Positions 49,001 to 58,648 are shown, counted from the first letter of the stretch. The stretch: DNA of 64,000 bases from a virus (IMGVR_UViG_3300017766_003100:128001-192000), one strand, 5' to 3'. The notes: generated by a model not told the origin, from the letters alone. Numbers and translations: made by a program.

Positions 49001-49540
49001 ATGAAGTACTTACTCAACGTTTTTATTCAACACGACAAACAAGAAATGTTCACACATAGTCTTGCAACTGAAATTAGAGATTCAATACCTGTGGGTAACT
49101 CAATCAAATATTTTTATGGTGAACAAACAATTTTGATTACCTTTGAAACCAAGTTAGGATTTGATAAGGTTAAAAATTTATTTGACGCAATCTTGGCTGA
49201 TTTATCCATAACTTTTATCCTCACCCCAATAAAACCTGACAAAATGTCATATTGGTTTCCAAAAGAGTATGAACAACATCTATTTGGTACGGATTTGTGT
49301 AAGACAAATGATGAGTACACAGAGGAAGAACAAAAAATGGTTCAAGATGCAATGTATATGAGTATGGATGAACCCATTGATGAATTAAAAATGGAAAGAA
49401 TATCAATTGACATTAAGAAAAAATTATTCGGTGAACCAAAAATACCAACTTTGGATGAACTTTTGGATAAGATTAATGTTAGTGGTATGAGTTCACTTAC
49501 AGCTGATGAAAAAAATTTGTTAACACAATATTCAAAATAA
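49001..49540 (+). CDS. Hypothetical protein with C-terminal DUF6576-like motif
   Basis: LDELLDKINVSGMSSLTADEKNLL. Confidence 0.55.
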   Translation: MKYLLNVFIQHDKQEMFTHSLATEIRDSIPVGNSIKYFYGEQTILITFETKLGFDKVKNLFDAILADLSITFILTPIKPDKMSYWFPKEYEQHLFGTDLCKTNDEYTEEEQKMVQDAMYMSMDEPIDELKMERISIDIKKKLFGEPKIPTLDELLDKINVSGMSSLTADEKNLLTQYSK

Positions 49541-49541
49541 A

Positions 49542-50342
49542 ATGAAAGAAAAAAATTCAGGTATTCCAATCAATCAAGAAGAAATCCAATCTTATCTTAA
49601 AGACATAAGAAAGAAAAAGGTAATGACCCCAGAGAGGGAGAAACAACTATCAGAACTAATGAAGTCTGACACCTTGACTCTTGAAGAAAGGGAAAAAGTA
49701 AACAAAGAACTATTGGAGGGTAATCTACGATTTGTAATTACCGTGGCCAAACAATACCAAAATCAAGGATTGGATTTACCTGACCTTATCGCTGAAGGTA
49801 ATCTTGGTCTTATGAAAGCCATCAAAAACTTTGATTGGAACAAAGACCTACGTTTTATATCTTATGCGGTATGGTGGGTTAAACAATCAATCCTTCAAAG
49901 TTTGAATGATAATGCAAGAACAATTCGACTCCCAGTTAATGTTGTTCAAGATTTACATAGGGCTAAAAAAGAAGTTGATAAAAGAGGGGGTGAACTAGAT
50001 GAAAGATTTGTTGGTTTACCATCAATGATTGACCTTGATATGGACATCAATGAAGAAGGTGACACACTATTCGATGTGTTGAAGAATGATGATGCGGATA
50101 TGCCTGATGAATCATTTAATACGAAAGATATCCTTAAAACCAAATTACTTGGATTGTTGACTTGTTTGGATGAACGCGAGAAAACCATTATTGAAGATTA
50201 TTTTGGTCTTACAGGTTCACCAAGAACATTGGAAGATATTGGTGGGGACTTTAATCTTACGAAAGAAAGAGTACGTCAAATAAAAGAAAAATCATTGAGA
50301 AAGTTGAGAAACTTATCTAGTGATTTATTTGAATGGATGTAA
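49542..50342 (+). CDS. rpoD: RpoD/SigA-type sigma70 factor lacking region 1.1 (Bacteroidota-like)
   Basis: Region 1.2 QSYLKDI; region 2 NLRFVITVAKQYQNQG...DLIAEGNLGL...FISYAVWWVKQSIL; region 4 TLEDIG..FNLTKERVRQIKEK. Confidence 0.9.
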   Translation: MKEKNSGIPINQEEIQSYLKDIRKKKVMTPEREKQLSELMKSDTLTLEEREKVNKELLEGNLRFVITVAKQYQNQGLDLPDLIAEGNLGLMKAIKNFDWNKDLRFISYAVWWVKQSILQSLNDNARTIRLPVNVVQDLHRAKKEVDKRGGELDERFVGLPSMIDLDMDINEEGDTLFDVLKNDDADMPDESFNTKDILKTKLLGLLTCLDEREKTIIEDYFGLTGSPRTLEDIGGDFNLTKERVRQIKEKSLRKLRNLSSDLFEWM

Positions 50343-50377
50343 TGTTCACGGAACGTTAACAATAAAAAAATAAACAA

Positions 50378-50384
50378 TATTTAT
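50378..50384 (+). promoter_or_regulatory. Putative late promoter TATTTAT
   Basis: 13 nt upstream of ATG 50398. Confidence 0.5.
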
Positions 50385-50397
50385 TAAATAAAAAAAT

Positions 50398-50691
50398 ATG
50401 AAAAAAGTAATAGATTTTATTGAAAAATATGGATTAATAATTTTGGTTGTCTTAATCGTAACCAGCACTTGTTCTAGTAATATGAGTAAACGAAGAAGTG
50501 AGAAAAAAATAAGTGACCAATTTGATAGTTTGAAAACTGAAATAAAAACTTTGAAGAATGAGTTGAAAAAAGAAATCAAAGTTGAAGGATTGAAAGCTGA
50601 AAAAAGAATGATTCAAGCGAGTGATAGAAAGATTATGGACTTGCAAAGACAAATTGAAATTGATAAAGAACTGAAGACACTAGATAAATGA
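50398..50691 (+). CDS. Membrane-anchored coiled-coil protein (spanin-like candidate)
   Basis: N-terminal TM/lipobox-like segment LIILVVLIVTSTC followed by a coiled coil; first gene of the putative lysis cassette. Confidence 0.45.
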   Translation: MKKVIDFIEKYGLIILVVLIVTSTCSSNMSKRRSEKKISDQFDSLKTEIKTLKNELKKEIKVEGLKAEKRMIQASDRKIMDLQRQIEIDKELKTLDK

Positions 50692-51521
50692 ATAACCTAT
50701 TAACCTGGATTAAAGAAAACCCCATTCGTTCAATGTTTCTTGTACCCATATTTTTGGTTGCGGGAATATCAATATCTCACGTTGTTGCGTGGTATGATAT
50801 AACAAACCCATTCAGTTGGGCAATTTATCTATCAGTAGCAATTGAGATTGGTGCCATAACAGCACTGATTGCCGCCACACAGAAGATTAAAGGTGGGGTG
50901 TGGTTTATGTTCGGATTGGTAACATTCGTTCAAATGGTGGGAAATATATTCTATTCATATAAAGAGATTGACCCAACTGGAGATTTGTTTAAAGCGTGGG
51001 TTGAACTTACATCTCCAATCTTTGAATTGTTTGGAACAGAACCAACGGATATAATATCACATAAAAGATGGTTGGCAATATTGGGTGGAGGATTACTTCC
51101 AATTATATCTTTGACTTCATTACACTTCTTTGTAAAATATGAAAAACCACAAGAAGAGATTATTGAAAACGATAGAGATTTGGAAATTGTTTCATTAATG
51201 GATTTGGAGACTTTAGAGAAAGAAGAACAAAAAGAAGTTGAAAAACCAAAAACTAAAAAAGGTAGAAAGAAAAAAGAAGTTGTTGAAGAACCTCAATTAT
51301 TAAATGAAGAAAAAGAAGTTAAAATGATTGATGATTGGTTAGACCAATATGGTAACCCAGCAATTACTGAGAAAGTATTAAAAGAGTCGGAAAAAATTGA
51401 AAATGAAAAAGTTGAAGAAGAAATAGTCCCAATACCTCTTGAACCAAAAATAGAACAACCACCTATACGTCCATCAAAATTGACATACACCAAACCAAAT
51501 GTTTCAATAGATAGATTATGA
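50688..51521 (+). CDS. Multi-TM membrane protein (holin candidate) with charged C-terminal tail
   Basis: About four hydrophobic helices; adjacent to the amidase. Confidence 0.45.
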   Translation: MNNLLTWIKENPIRSMFLVPIFLVAGISISHVVAWYDITNPFSWAIYLSVAIEIGAITALIAATQKIKGGVWFMFGLVTFVQMVGNIFYSYKEIDPTGDLFKAWVELTSPIFELFGTEPTDIISHKRWLAILGGGLLPIISLTSLHFFVKYEKPQEEIIENDRDLEIVSLMDLETLEKEEQKEVEKPKTKKGRKKKEVVEEPQLLNEEKEVKMIDDWLDQYGNPAITEKVLKESEKIENEKVEEEIVPIPLEPKIEQPPIRPSKLTYTKPNVSIDRL

Positions 51522-52114
51522 TTGACATAATCAAATATGGGGACTTTAAACCTTTGGGGAAACAAAAGAAGAAACACCAAATAATTCTCACACATACAGG
51601 AAGAAATGTGGAGAATTATTTGGCTTCTTTACGTTATAGGTACAATGGAAAATATGATAGAATTCCAAATTATGTAATTAAAAAAGATGGAACAATAATT
51701 AAACTTCTTGAGAATATTGAACACACAAATTATTACAAAAAGATTAATGTAAATCGAAATGGTATTTTTATATGTTTGGAAAATTTAGGATGGCTTGAAA
51801 AACAACCATTAAAAGACTATTACATTAATTGGATAGGAGATATTTATAAGGGTGAGGTATTTGAGAGGAAATGGAGAGATTATTTCTTTTGGGATAAATA
51901 CACTAACGAACAGATTGATAGTTTAACAATACTTTGTAAAACTATAATCAAGGAAAAAAGAATGAGTAAAGACATAATAGGTCATAATACAAAGGTTAGA
52001 AATGTTGAATTGTTTGAAGGAATAGTAACTAGAAGTAATTTTGATTCAAACATAACTGATGTAAGTCCCGCCTTTGATTTTGAAAAATTTAGAAAAAAAA
52101 TAGAAAATGAGTAA
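51518..52114 (+). CDS. N-acetylmuramoyl-L-alanine amidase (Amidase_2-like)
   Basis: IILTHT, PNYVIKKDGTI, GIFICLEN, YTNEQIDSLTIL, GHNT, DVSPAF. Confidence 0.7.
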   Translation: MIDIIKYGDFKPLGKQKKKHQIILTHTGRNVENYLASLRYRYNGKYDRIPNYVIKKDGTIIKLLENIEHTNYYKKINVNRNGIFICLENLGWLEKQPLKDYYINWIGDIYKGEVFERKWRDYFFWDKYTNEQIDSLTILCKTIIKEKRMSKDIIGHNTKVRNVELFEGIVTRSNFDSNITDVSPAFDFEKFRKKIENE

Positions 52115-52718
52115 CAAACACGATGAAATAAAAAATTTAATAAAGGCATCAAGAAATATGTTGTCTAATAAAAATACAATTTCTGAAAACTTAGAAATTA
52201 AAAAACAATATAATATTATATCAGAACAAGGTGTTGTTCCAACATCAGGTAATATAACTAAAAAAATTAATGTTGGTCAAGCAATAGAAGATGAAATTGA
52301 AACTGATGAAGAAGGTACAAAAAAATCATCAAGAGATAAAAAACAATCTTTTAGAATATCTGGTGGTATTTTAGTTCTTCATGGTAAAAAACAATCCGAA
52401 CTAGAATTAACTACTGATGAAAAAATTGCATTCCAAGAAACTATGAATGAATTTGTATCTGAGGTATCTGATTTAGCTGAGTTTAATCAGTTGAATGTAT
52501 ATCCAAATACTGTTGAATGGTCAGGTAAAATTTTGGAATTCAATGTTGATTTTATTTTTATGATTGGTGAAGAAAATGGAATTTACATGAAAGGTGATAT
52601 GATAAATACTGATGATGATTTCTTAGAGTTTGTACAAAAGTTAAAATCCTATTATGAGAAATTCAAATCAAAATGGGCTAAAGTTTTAGGAAGTCGTAAA
52701 TTAACAAAAGTATCTTAA
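52107..52718 (+). CDS. Hypothetical protein (head-core cluster)
   Basis: ORF, 203 aa; operon context. Confidence 0.5.
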   Translation: MSNKHDEIKNLIKASRNMLSNKNTISENLEIKKQYNIISEQGVVPTSGNITKKINVGQAIEDEIETDEEGTKKSSRDKKQSFRISGGILVLHGKKQSELELTTDEKIAFQETMNEFVSEVSDLAEFNQLNVYPNTVEWSGKILEFNVDFIFMIGEENGIYMKGDMINTDDDFLEFVQKLKSYYEKFKSKWAKVLGSRKLTKVS

Positions 52719-52719
52719 T

Positions 52720-53475
52720 ATGAATTTAAACGTTGATTTAGCTAAAAAAATAAATAATATGATTGGTACTGAAATCGGCAATACTGCGGATTCGGGAGAA
52801 TTTTTGAAATCAATGAATAATATTTCATCAAGTCTTGAACAAAAGGAAGAAACTATTATAAAGAAAAAAATAAAAAAATCAGACATCATAAATCAATTAT
52901 CTAATACTAAAACTAAAATGGATAAACCAATTGGTAAACTATTTTCAATGGGAAAGAAAGGTGAAACTAAGGAAGCAACTGGCGCTGGAAGTGCTGGTGG
53001 ATTCGCGCCCTCTTTGTCAGGTGAAATGAAAGAGAAATGGTCTCAGAAATATAAAGATTCAATCAATTGTGATAACCCAAAAGGTTTCAGTCAGAGAGCT
53101 CATTGTGCTGGAAAGAAAAAGAAATTGAAAGAGGATGAAACATTGGAGAAAGAAAAAAGTGATAAAAAAGAATTCAAAGAGGCTACAGGTTCAGGTTCAG
53201 CTGGAGCTTATGTAACTCCTGCAGCTTGGGCTAAATCAACTAGTAAAAAAGATTGGAGAGGTAAGAGTAAAACTTTATTTCCTGGTGGAAAATTTGTCCA
53301 AGTAAAAAGTAAATGTAAAAAATTCCCATATTGTAATCAAGGTGATATAAAGGCACTTAAGTTAACAAATGAAGAATCTATGAATAAAATTGTCAAAGAT
53401 TTAAGTAAAAAACATAACGTTAGCGAAGAAACAATTAAAGGTATTTTGAGAAAAGATTATTTCAAACACAAATAA
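52720..53475 (+). CDS. Basic modular protein (putative head-internal polyprotein)
   Basis: Duplicated KEATG(A/S)GSAG module; SINCDNPKGFSQRAHCAG module. Confidence 0.5.
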   Translation: MNLNVDLAKKINNMIGTEIGNTADSGEFLKSMNNISSSLEQKEETIIKKKIKKSDIINQLSNTKTKMDKPIGKLFSMGKKGETKEATGAGSAGGFAPSLSGEMKEKWSQKYKDSINCDNPKGFSQRAHCAGKKKKLKEDETLEKEKSDKKEFKEATGSGSAGAYVTPAAWAKSTSKKDWRGKSKTLFPGGKFVQVKSKCKKFPYCNQGDIKALKLTNEESMNKIVKDLSKKHNVSEETIKGILRKDYFKHK

Positions 53476-53478
53476 AGA

Positions 53479-53485
53479 TATTTAT
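53479..53485 (+). promoter_or_regulatory. Putative late promoter TATTTAT
   Basis: 14 nt upstream of ATG 53500. Confidence 0.5.
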
Positions 53486-53499
53486 ATTAAAAACTTAAA

Positions 53500-55152
53500 A
53501 TGAAAAATTCAGAACAATACTTAAAAAGATTATTAAGAAAATCTATCAATGAAACTTTGGAAGAAAAAGCTGATAAATTGATGGGTAAAATAAAAGGATA
53601 TGAAATGGGTGAAGGTTTTGATTCACCTGAAATAAAATCAATGAGAGGTGGTAAAGATTTCAATCCTGATGAATTTAAAAAAATTAGATTTCCTCGTGAA
53701 AAGTTCAAAGGATTTGATGACGATTCAATGACTCAAGATGAATTTGATTATAGAGAATCAATGAGAGATTTTGAAGATGAATATGACCAAGAACAAATGC
53801 GAAAAGAATTGTCCCCTGAAGAAGAACCATATATCAAAGATGATGAAGAAGTTGAGGATGATTTAAGTTGGTTAGATGATGATGATGATGATGATGAAGA
53901 CGATGACGATGATATGGATACTGAATTTGGAGGTGGTGATATGGAAACTATCATGGAAGGTGAAATGTGTGAACAATGTGGTTCAGGTAGTATAAGAGAA
54001 GGAGAGTGTAATGAATGTGGTTATAGAAGAATGGATGAAGACATATATGATGAATCTGAAGATTGGGGCAAAGGTACTCAAGACTTTGACTATGTTCAAG
54101 CTGAAGATGAAGAAAGAACGGAAGAAAATGATGATATTCTTGAGGGATATTGTAGTAAAAGTAGTCATAAATATGACGCACGTAGATGTCAAATACATAA
54201 AGAAATGATGAAAGAAGAAATCAATGAAAAATTACATGGAAAACAACATAAATTAGATAAAAATAAAAATGGTAAAATTGATTCAGGAGATTTCAAACTT
54301 TTACGTAAGAAAAAACAAAAATCTGAAGTTGATGAGGAAGAGATGGAAGAAGGTAATAAATTTACTGGTATGTTAGCCAAAGCTCGTAAAGGTGATAAAT
54401 TTACATTAGATGGTAAAACTTATACTGATACCTCTGATTATGATATTAACGAAAGTATTGAATATCGTATAAAAGATAGTTCAGGTGATTTTATTAGACT
54501 TAATGAGAGTGAAATGGTTGATTTTATTGAAAACATTGTTAATGAACAGAAAACGAGATTAAAAGTTATGGGTAAACCAAAAGGATTAACAACATACGAA
54601 AAAGCTCATAAAGAATCTGGTAAAGAAAATGAAGAATATTTCAAGTCATTAAATAAGAAGATGAAAGACTATCTTAAAGATGGGTCAAAGGGTAAATATG
54701 AAATGGAACCAAAACATTTCCCTAAAGGTAATGGTGAATTGGCCAAAATGGATAAGAAAGCCTATAAAATGACTGATGACCTTGAAGACTTCAACTACGA
54801 AATTGCTGGACAAAACTTCCCCATTCCTGATGCTATAGATTATAATGAAGAATGGATGGATAAATTGTTCCAAGGTGATTCTATGACAGGTAATGCACCA
54901 GGTGGTAATGCTTTAGATTCTGAAACTAATAAGAGATTCAATAAGATGAGAAAGAAAAACACTCTTAAGAAAATCAAAGACCAATCATACAAAAGAGTAC
55001 CACAACCAGTCTTCAATGAAAAACCAGGTAATGATACTGGAAAAGGTTTAGGTTTAAAACTTGAAACTGTTGAAACTAAAAAAGTTATTAAATTGAATGA
55101 AGAGTTTGATAGAATTAAAAATTTATTTTCATACGATAGAAAAACTCAATAA
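53500..55152 (+). CDS. Acidic scaffold/head-core-like protein with Zn-ribbon and EF-hand-like modules
   Basis: LKRLLRKSINE N-terminus; poly-Asp; CEQC...CNEC; DKNKNGKIDSGD; C-terminal LNEEFDRIKNLF. Confidence 0.5.
   Translation: MKNSEQYLKRLLRKSINETLEEKADKLMGKIKGYEMGEGFDSPEIKSMRGGKDFNPDEFKKIRFPREKFKGFDDDSMTQDEFDYRESMRDFEDEYDQEQMRKELSPEEEPYIKDDEEVEDDLSWLDDDDDDDEDDDDDMDTEFGGGDMETIMEGEMCEQCGSGSIREGECNECGYRRMDEDIYDESEDWGKGTQDFDYVQAEDEERTEENDDILEGYCSKSSHKYDARRCQIHKEMMKEEINEKLHGKQHKLDKNKNGKIDSGDFKLLRKKKQKSEVDEEEMEEGNKFTGMLAKARKGDKFTLDGKTYTDTSDYDINESIEYRIKDSSGDFIRLNESEMVDFIENIVNEQKTRLKVMGKPKGLTTYEKAHKESGKENEEYFKSLNKKMKDYLKDGSKGKYEMEPKHFPKGNGELAKMDKKAYKMTDDLEDFNYEIAGQNFPIPDAIDYNEEWMDKLFQGDSMTGNAPGGNALDSETNKRFNKMRKKNTLKKIKDQSYKRVPQPVFNEKPGNDTGKGLGLKLETVETKKVIKLNEEFDRIKNLFSYDRKTQ
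53875..53913 (+). repeat. (GAT)n trinucleotide tract encoding a poly-Asp run
   Basis: (GAT)7 followed by GAA GAC GAT GAC GAT GAT. Confidence 0.85.
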
Positions 55153-55200
55153 TATACATTCTGAATTTTATTATTATCATTTCTCCATAAGTTTATTCTT

Positions 55201-55668
55201 ATGGAGAATTTTTTTAATTATATATCAAAACCTATTCCTTCTGAGGATTTGGAAATATGGTTCAGGGTAAATAACATTATTCCTGAAAAAATGGATTTGT
55301 TTTCTGATTTTTGTCAGTCACTAACTATGTTAATTCTTGAAACTTATTTAGGTGAACAAAAAGATAGAAATGAAACCAAAATACATCTATCATCTGAAGA
55401 CAATTCAAAACATTTAGAATGGTGTTTAAATAAAACAATAGATAATTTCCAAAAAGAGGGTATAAAATTTAACAAAAAAGGTGAACACATAGATTACTTC
55501 AAAAGTTTTTATAATGATGTCTTCTATAATCAGAAAGAAGAAAAAGTAAAAAACTCAATTAAAACATTTTTTAAACAAATATTTGACATAGATACACCAT
55601 TTTCAAAATCTGATTTGGATATAGTATTATTATTATACAAAAAATTGGATAAGAATATGTCAATTTAA
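55201..55668 (+). CDS. Hypothetical protein
   Basis: ORF, 155 aa. Confidence 0.55.
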   Translation: MENFFNYISKPIPSEDLEIWFRVNNIIPEKMDLFSDFCQSLTMLILETYLGEQKDRNETKIHLSSEDNSKHLEWCLNKTIDNFQKEGIKFNKKGEHIDYFKSFYNDVFYNQKEEKVKNSIKTFFKQIFDIDTPFSKSDLDIVLLLYKKLDKNMSI

Positions 55669-55725
55669 CGTTTTTGTATTTACAAACAAAAAAAATAAAA
55701 TTAAACTTATAAAAAAAATAAACAA

Positions 55726-55908
55726 ATGGATACACTAGAAAAAATCAAAATCTTAACTGAAGAACTATCAGTAGACACTACAAAATTTTTCAAAGGGAAT
55801 AATAGTGCTGGAACTAGAGCAAGAAAATTGGCTCAAGAATTAAAAAATGAGTTACAAAACCTTAGAAATGAAATTTTGAAAGAAAGAAACAAACCAGAAA
55901 ATGTTTAG
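55726..55908 (+). CDS. Hc1/'histone H1'-like small DNA-binding protein (Bacteroidota type)
   Basis: KFFKGNNSAGTRARK matches the GNK.AGTRARK family motif. Confidence 0.7.
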   Translation: MDTLEKIKILTEELSVDTTKFFKGNNSAGTRARKLAQELKNELQNLRNEILKERNKPENV

Positions 55909-56089
55909 TTTAGATAGTTTATTTTTGTTCGTTTTTATCTTCTCAATTCTAACAATAGTTAGAACTTGTGTAAGGTTTATTAGCTCTCTATTCCAAAATC
56001 CACCACAAAGGTTCATTTTAAACAATAGAGAGCTATTATTTTTGGGGTTTGCCATATCATACATTATAACATATCTAATAAAATTATGA
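55901..56089 (+). CDS. Small two-TM membrane protein
   Basis: Two hydrophobic segments. Confidence 0.55.
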   Translation: MFSLDSLFLFVFIFSILTIVRTCVRFISSLFQNPPQRFILNNRELLFLGFAISYIITYLIKL

Positions 56090-56514
56090 GTTTATATAAA
56101 GAATTTTCAACATTATTCCCTTATTTACAATCCGTAAGAAAAATTGAAAACTATCTATCATTTGATATTAGTTTCCCTAACACTTGGAAATTACCCAAAA
56201 AATATGTGGATGAGAACAGGATTATGGAACAACAAAGTAATATACAAGATGAAAGATTGTTCTCATATGTGAGTGAAATAACTGAAAGTGAAATTGAACG
56301 TGTTTACCATAATCTATGTGGTATCATAAAATACAATAAAGAAAGAGAAGAAAAAGATAAATTGTTTGAAAGTAAAGTTGAAGAACTTAAAAAACTTTTT
56401 GAGAAACAAAATTTGGAAAAACTTAAAAGTCTATATTTTGATATAAATGAACCAAAACAGAAAGTAACACTTGAAGATGATGAAGAACCAATCGACACAG
56501 ACAAAATGGCTTGA
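56086..56514 (+). CDS. Hypothetical protein
   Basis: ATGA overlap; 142 aa. Confidence 0.55.
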   Translation: MSLYKEFSTLFPYLQSVRKIENYLSFDISFPNTWKLPKKYVDENRIMEQQSNIQDERLFSYVSEITESEIERVYHNLCGIIKYNKEREEKDKLFESKVEELKKLFEKQNLEKLKSLYFDINEPKQKVTLEDDEEPIDTDKMA

Positions 56515-56665
56515 GAAAGAAATACTCAAGGATGAAGTTGAATTAATAAAAGAAAAGAATGACTTTATTAATGAAATTAGAAAATTTAATAAAGAAGATA
56601 TTGTACCTAAAAAACCGAAAAAACTAACACTATGGCAACGAATAAAGAAAGTATTAATGGGATAA
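56471..56665 (+). CDS. Hypothetical protein
   Basis: Ends KKLTLWQRIKKVLMG (amphipathic); start uncertain. Confidence 0.45.
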   Translation: MKMMKNQSTQTKWLEKEILKDEVELIKEKNDFINEIRKFNKEDIVPKKPKKLTLWQRIKKVLMG

Positions 56666-56880
56666 TCGAAAAATTGGCATTAATATCTGAAGGTTTGGGT
56701 GATATATTACCCAACGCCAAAGTTGCCGTGGTATATTCACTTAGTAATTATGATTTTACTTTTATGAAAGCACAAGTGAATGATTTTACAGATAATGATA
56801 AATTTAAAATAGACATTTCTGGTACTGAATTCATCTTTTTGAAAGATGAGCTGTTGAATACCTCTGAAGGTAATCAATAG
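56632..56880 (+). CDS. Hypothetical protein
   Basis: ORF, 82 aa. Confidence 0.5.
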   Translation: MATNKESINGIIEKLALISEGLGDILPNAKVAVVYSLSNYDFTFMKAQVNDFTDNDKFKIDISGTEFIFLKDELLNTSEGNQ

Positions 56881-57472
56881 GAAAACCCTCCTCAACTAAT
56901 AATTTATAAAGATATTTTCTATGGATTGTTGAGTAATCATTAACAATAATACAATCCTTTTTTCCTTGTTTAGTAAGTTCCTGATGTAAGCTTTCAGTAA
57001 ACCTAAGACCATCTAATTCTGATTTAAATGTAAATAAATTAATTACATCATCATTTTGAACTATAATTTTATTATTCAATTTAGATACTTGTTTTAAACC
57101 AGGACCTTTAAGATATTTGGTTATGAAATATTTTGTATTAATTTTCTGTTTTGTTCTATAATCCAAAAATAACTCCTCCAACTTGTATTCTTGAATTTTT
57201 AATATATTGAAGTTTTCATCATCAATTTCCACTTTAATATTTCTACCAAGATTATCTTTGATATAAATTTGGTTATTGTTTTTTTTACCAAATTCTAACA
57301 AACCTAGTTCAAAAATACATTCTTTACCATTCTCAGTCCTTTTTTCAAAAATTACTTCAGAACTTTCTTTTATCAAAGAATCGTATTTCTTTTTGGCCTT
57401 ATCCAAGGTCAAAAATTTCTTGATTATTCTTTGTTTTTCTTTATTTTTGAAAAGTACTATTTGATAATTCAT
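56831..57472 (-). CDS. Hypothetical protein (isolated minus-strand gene)
   Basis: 213-aa ORF with TATTTAT (57483-57489) 10 nt upstream. Confidence 0.65.
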   Translation of the reverse strand: MNYQIVLFKNKEKQRIIKKFLTLDKAKKKYDSLIKESSEVIFEKRTENGKECIFELGLLEFGKKNNNQIYIKDNLGRNIKVEIDDENFNILKIQEYKLEELFLDYRTKQKINTKYFITKYLKGPGLKQVSKLNNKIIVQNDDVINLFTFKSELDGLRFTESLHQELTKQGKKDCIIVNDYSTIHRKYLYKLLVEEGFPIDYLQRYSTAHLSKR

Positions 57473-57510
57473 AATTCTTAAAATAAATAATATTAATATC
57501 TAAGTAAAGT

Positions 57511-58445
57511 ATGGAAAACTTATATGAAGTTTTGGGTGTGAATGAAACTTCCACTTCCGATGAAATAAAGAAAGCTTATAGAAAATTGGCAATGGAACAT
57601 CATCCTGATAAAGGAGGAGATGAAGAAAAATTTAAAAAAATTTCAGAAGCTTATGATACTTTGGGTGATGAAAATAAAGAACTCAATATGATAACCAAAG
57701 AAAAAATCCATTTGGTAATATGGGTGGAGTGGGTAGTATGTTTGAAGAATTCTTTAATGGTGGATTCCATCACCAAAGAAAAACTAATGCCCCTGAAAAA
57801 GTAATTAATTTGGAAATTGGTGCTATTGAATCATACTTGGGTGTGGAAAAAATAATTAATTTTGATAGAAAAATTAAATGTGAACCTTGTAATGGTAGAG
57901 GTGGTGAAAAAGTTAAATGTCATGGTTGTAATGGAACAGGATTTAGTGTTATAACTATGGGGTCTGGTTTATTTAAACAAATAATGAGACAAGCCTGTAA
58001 TGTCTGTAGAGGAAGTGGTGAGTTATTTAAGAAAGTTTGTAACACTTGTGGTGGGTCAACAACCAATACAATAAAAGAATCTGTTAAAGTTAAAATACCA
58101 CACGGAATTGGTGATGGACAATTTATGAGATTACATAACTATGGTGACTTCTACAATAATAGTTATGGTAATTTGGTTATAAGATTGTTTGTTGTCCCTG
58201 AAAACAATTTTGAGAAGAGAGAAAACGATTTAGTTTATCACGCATATATGAATTTGGAACAAATCCAAATGGATAGTTTGGATATACCTCACCCAAATGG
58301 AACAATATCAATTAAACTACCAAATGAAATTGATACAACAAAACCTTTAAGAGTTAGATACAAGGGATATAAATCAACTGAACAACATTCAAATGATAAG
58401 GGGGATTTAATTATCAGTTTACACGTAAAGTTTACAAGAAAATAG
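57511..58445 (+). pseudogene. dnaJ: Type I DnaJ chaperone split by a frameshift near 57678
   Basis: J-domain with HPD in frame 57511; G/F segment, four CxxCxGxG repeats and CTD in the -1 frame; adding one A gives [18 protein letters not shown]. Confidence 0.8.
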
Positions 58446-58578
58446 AAATCAAATTCTGTATCAGAATTATAGTACCATAAATTGAAGTACCCAAAATAAA
58501 TAAGGATAATACACCTAAACCAATTTGGGTATTACTCAAACCTTTTTTACAAGAATTACAACTTTTTTCTTTTTTCAT
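58432..58578 (-). CDS. Small membrane protein with CxxC (48 aa, not in track)
   Basis: MKKEKSCNSCKKGLSNTQIGLGVLSLFILGTSIYGTIILIQNLISIFL. Confidence 0.6.
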   Translation of the reverse strand: MKKEKSCNSCKKGLSNTQIGLGVLSLFILGTSIYGTIILIQNLISIFL

Positions 58579-58641
58579 ATTAGTTTTTAAGGTAAAAATA
58601 TTATCTTTGTTTAAATAATCAACAATTTAATTTAATTCTGA

Positions 58642-58648
58642 TATTTAT
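58642..58648 (+). promoter_or_regulatory. Putative late promoter TATTTAT
   Basis: 15 nt upstream of ATG 58664. Confidence 0.5.

Noticed and set aside
53748-54380. Poly-Ser antisense ORFs
   Set aside because: Reverse complement of the poly-Asp/Glu tract in 53500-55152
57670-57681. Programmed -1 ribosomal frameshift in dnaJ
   Set aside because: No X XXY YYZ heptamer; tandem slippage would put TAA in the decoding site
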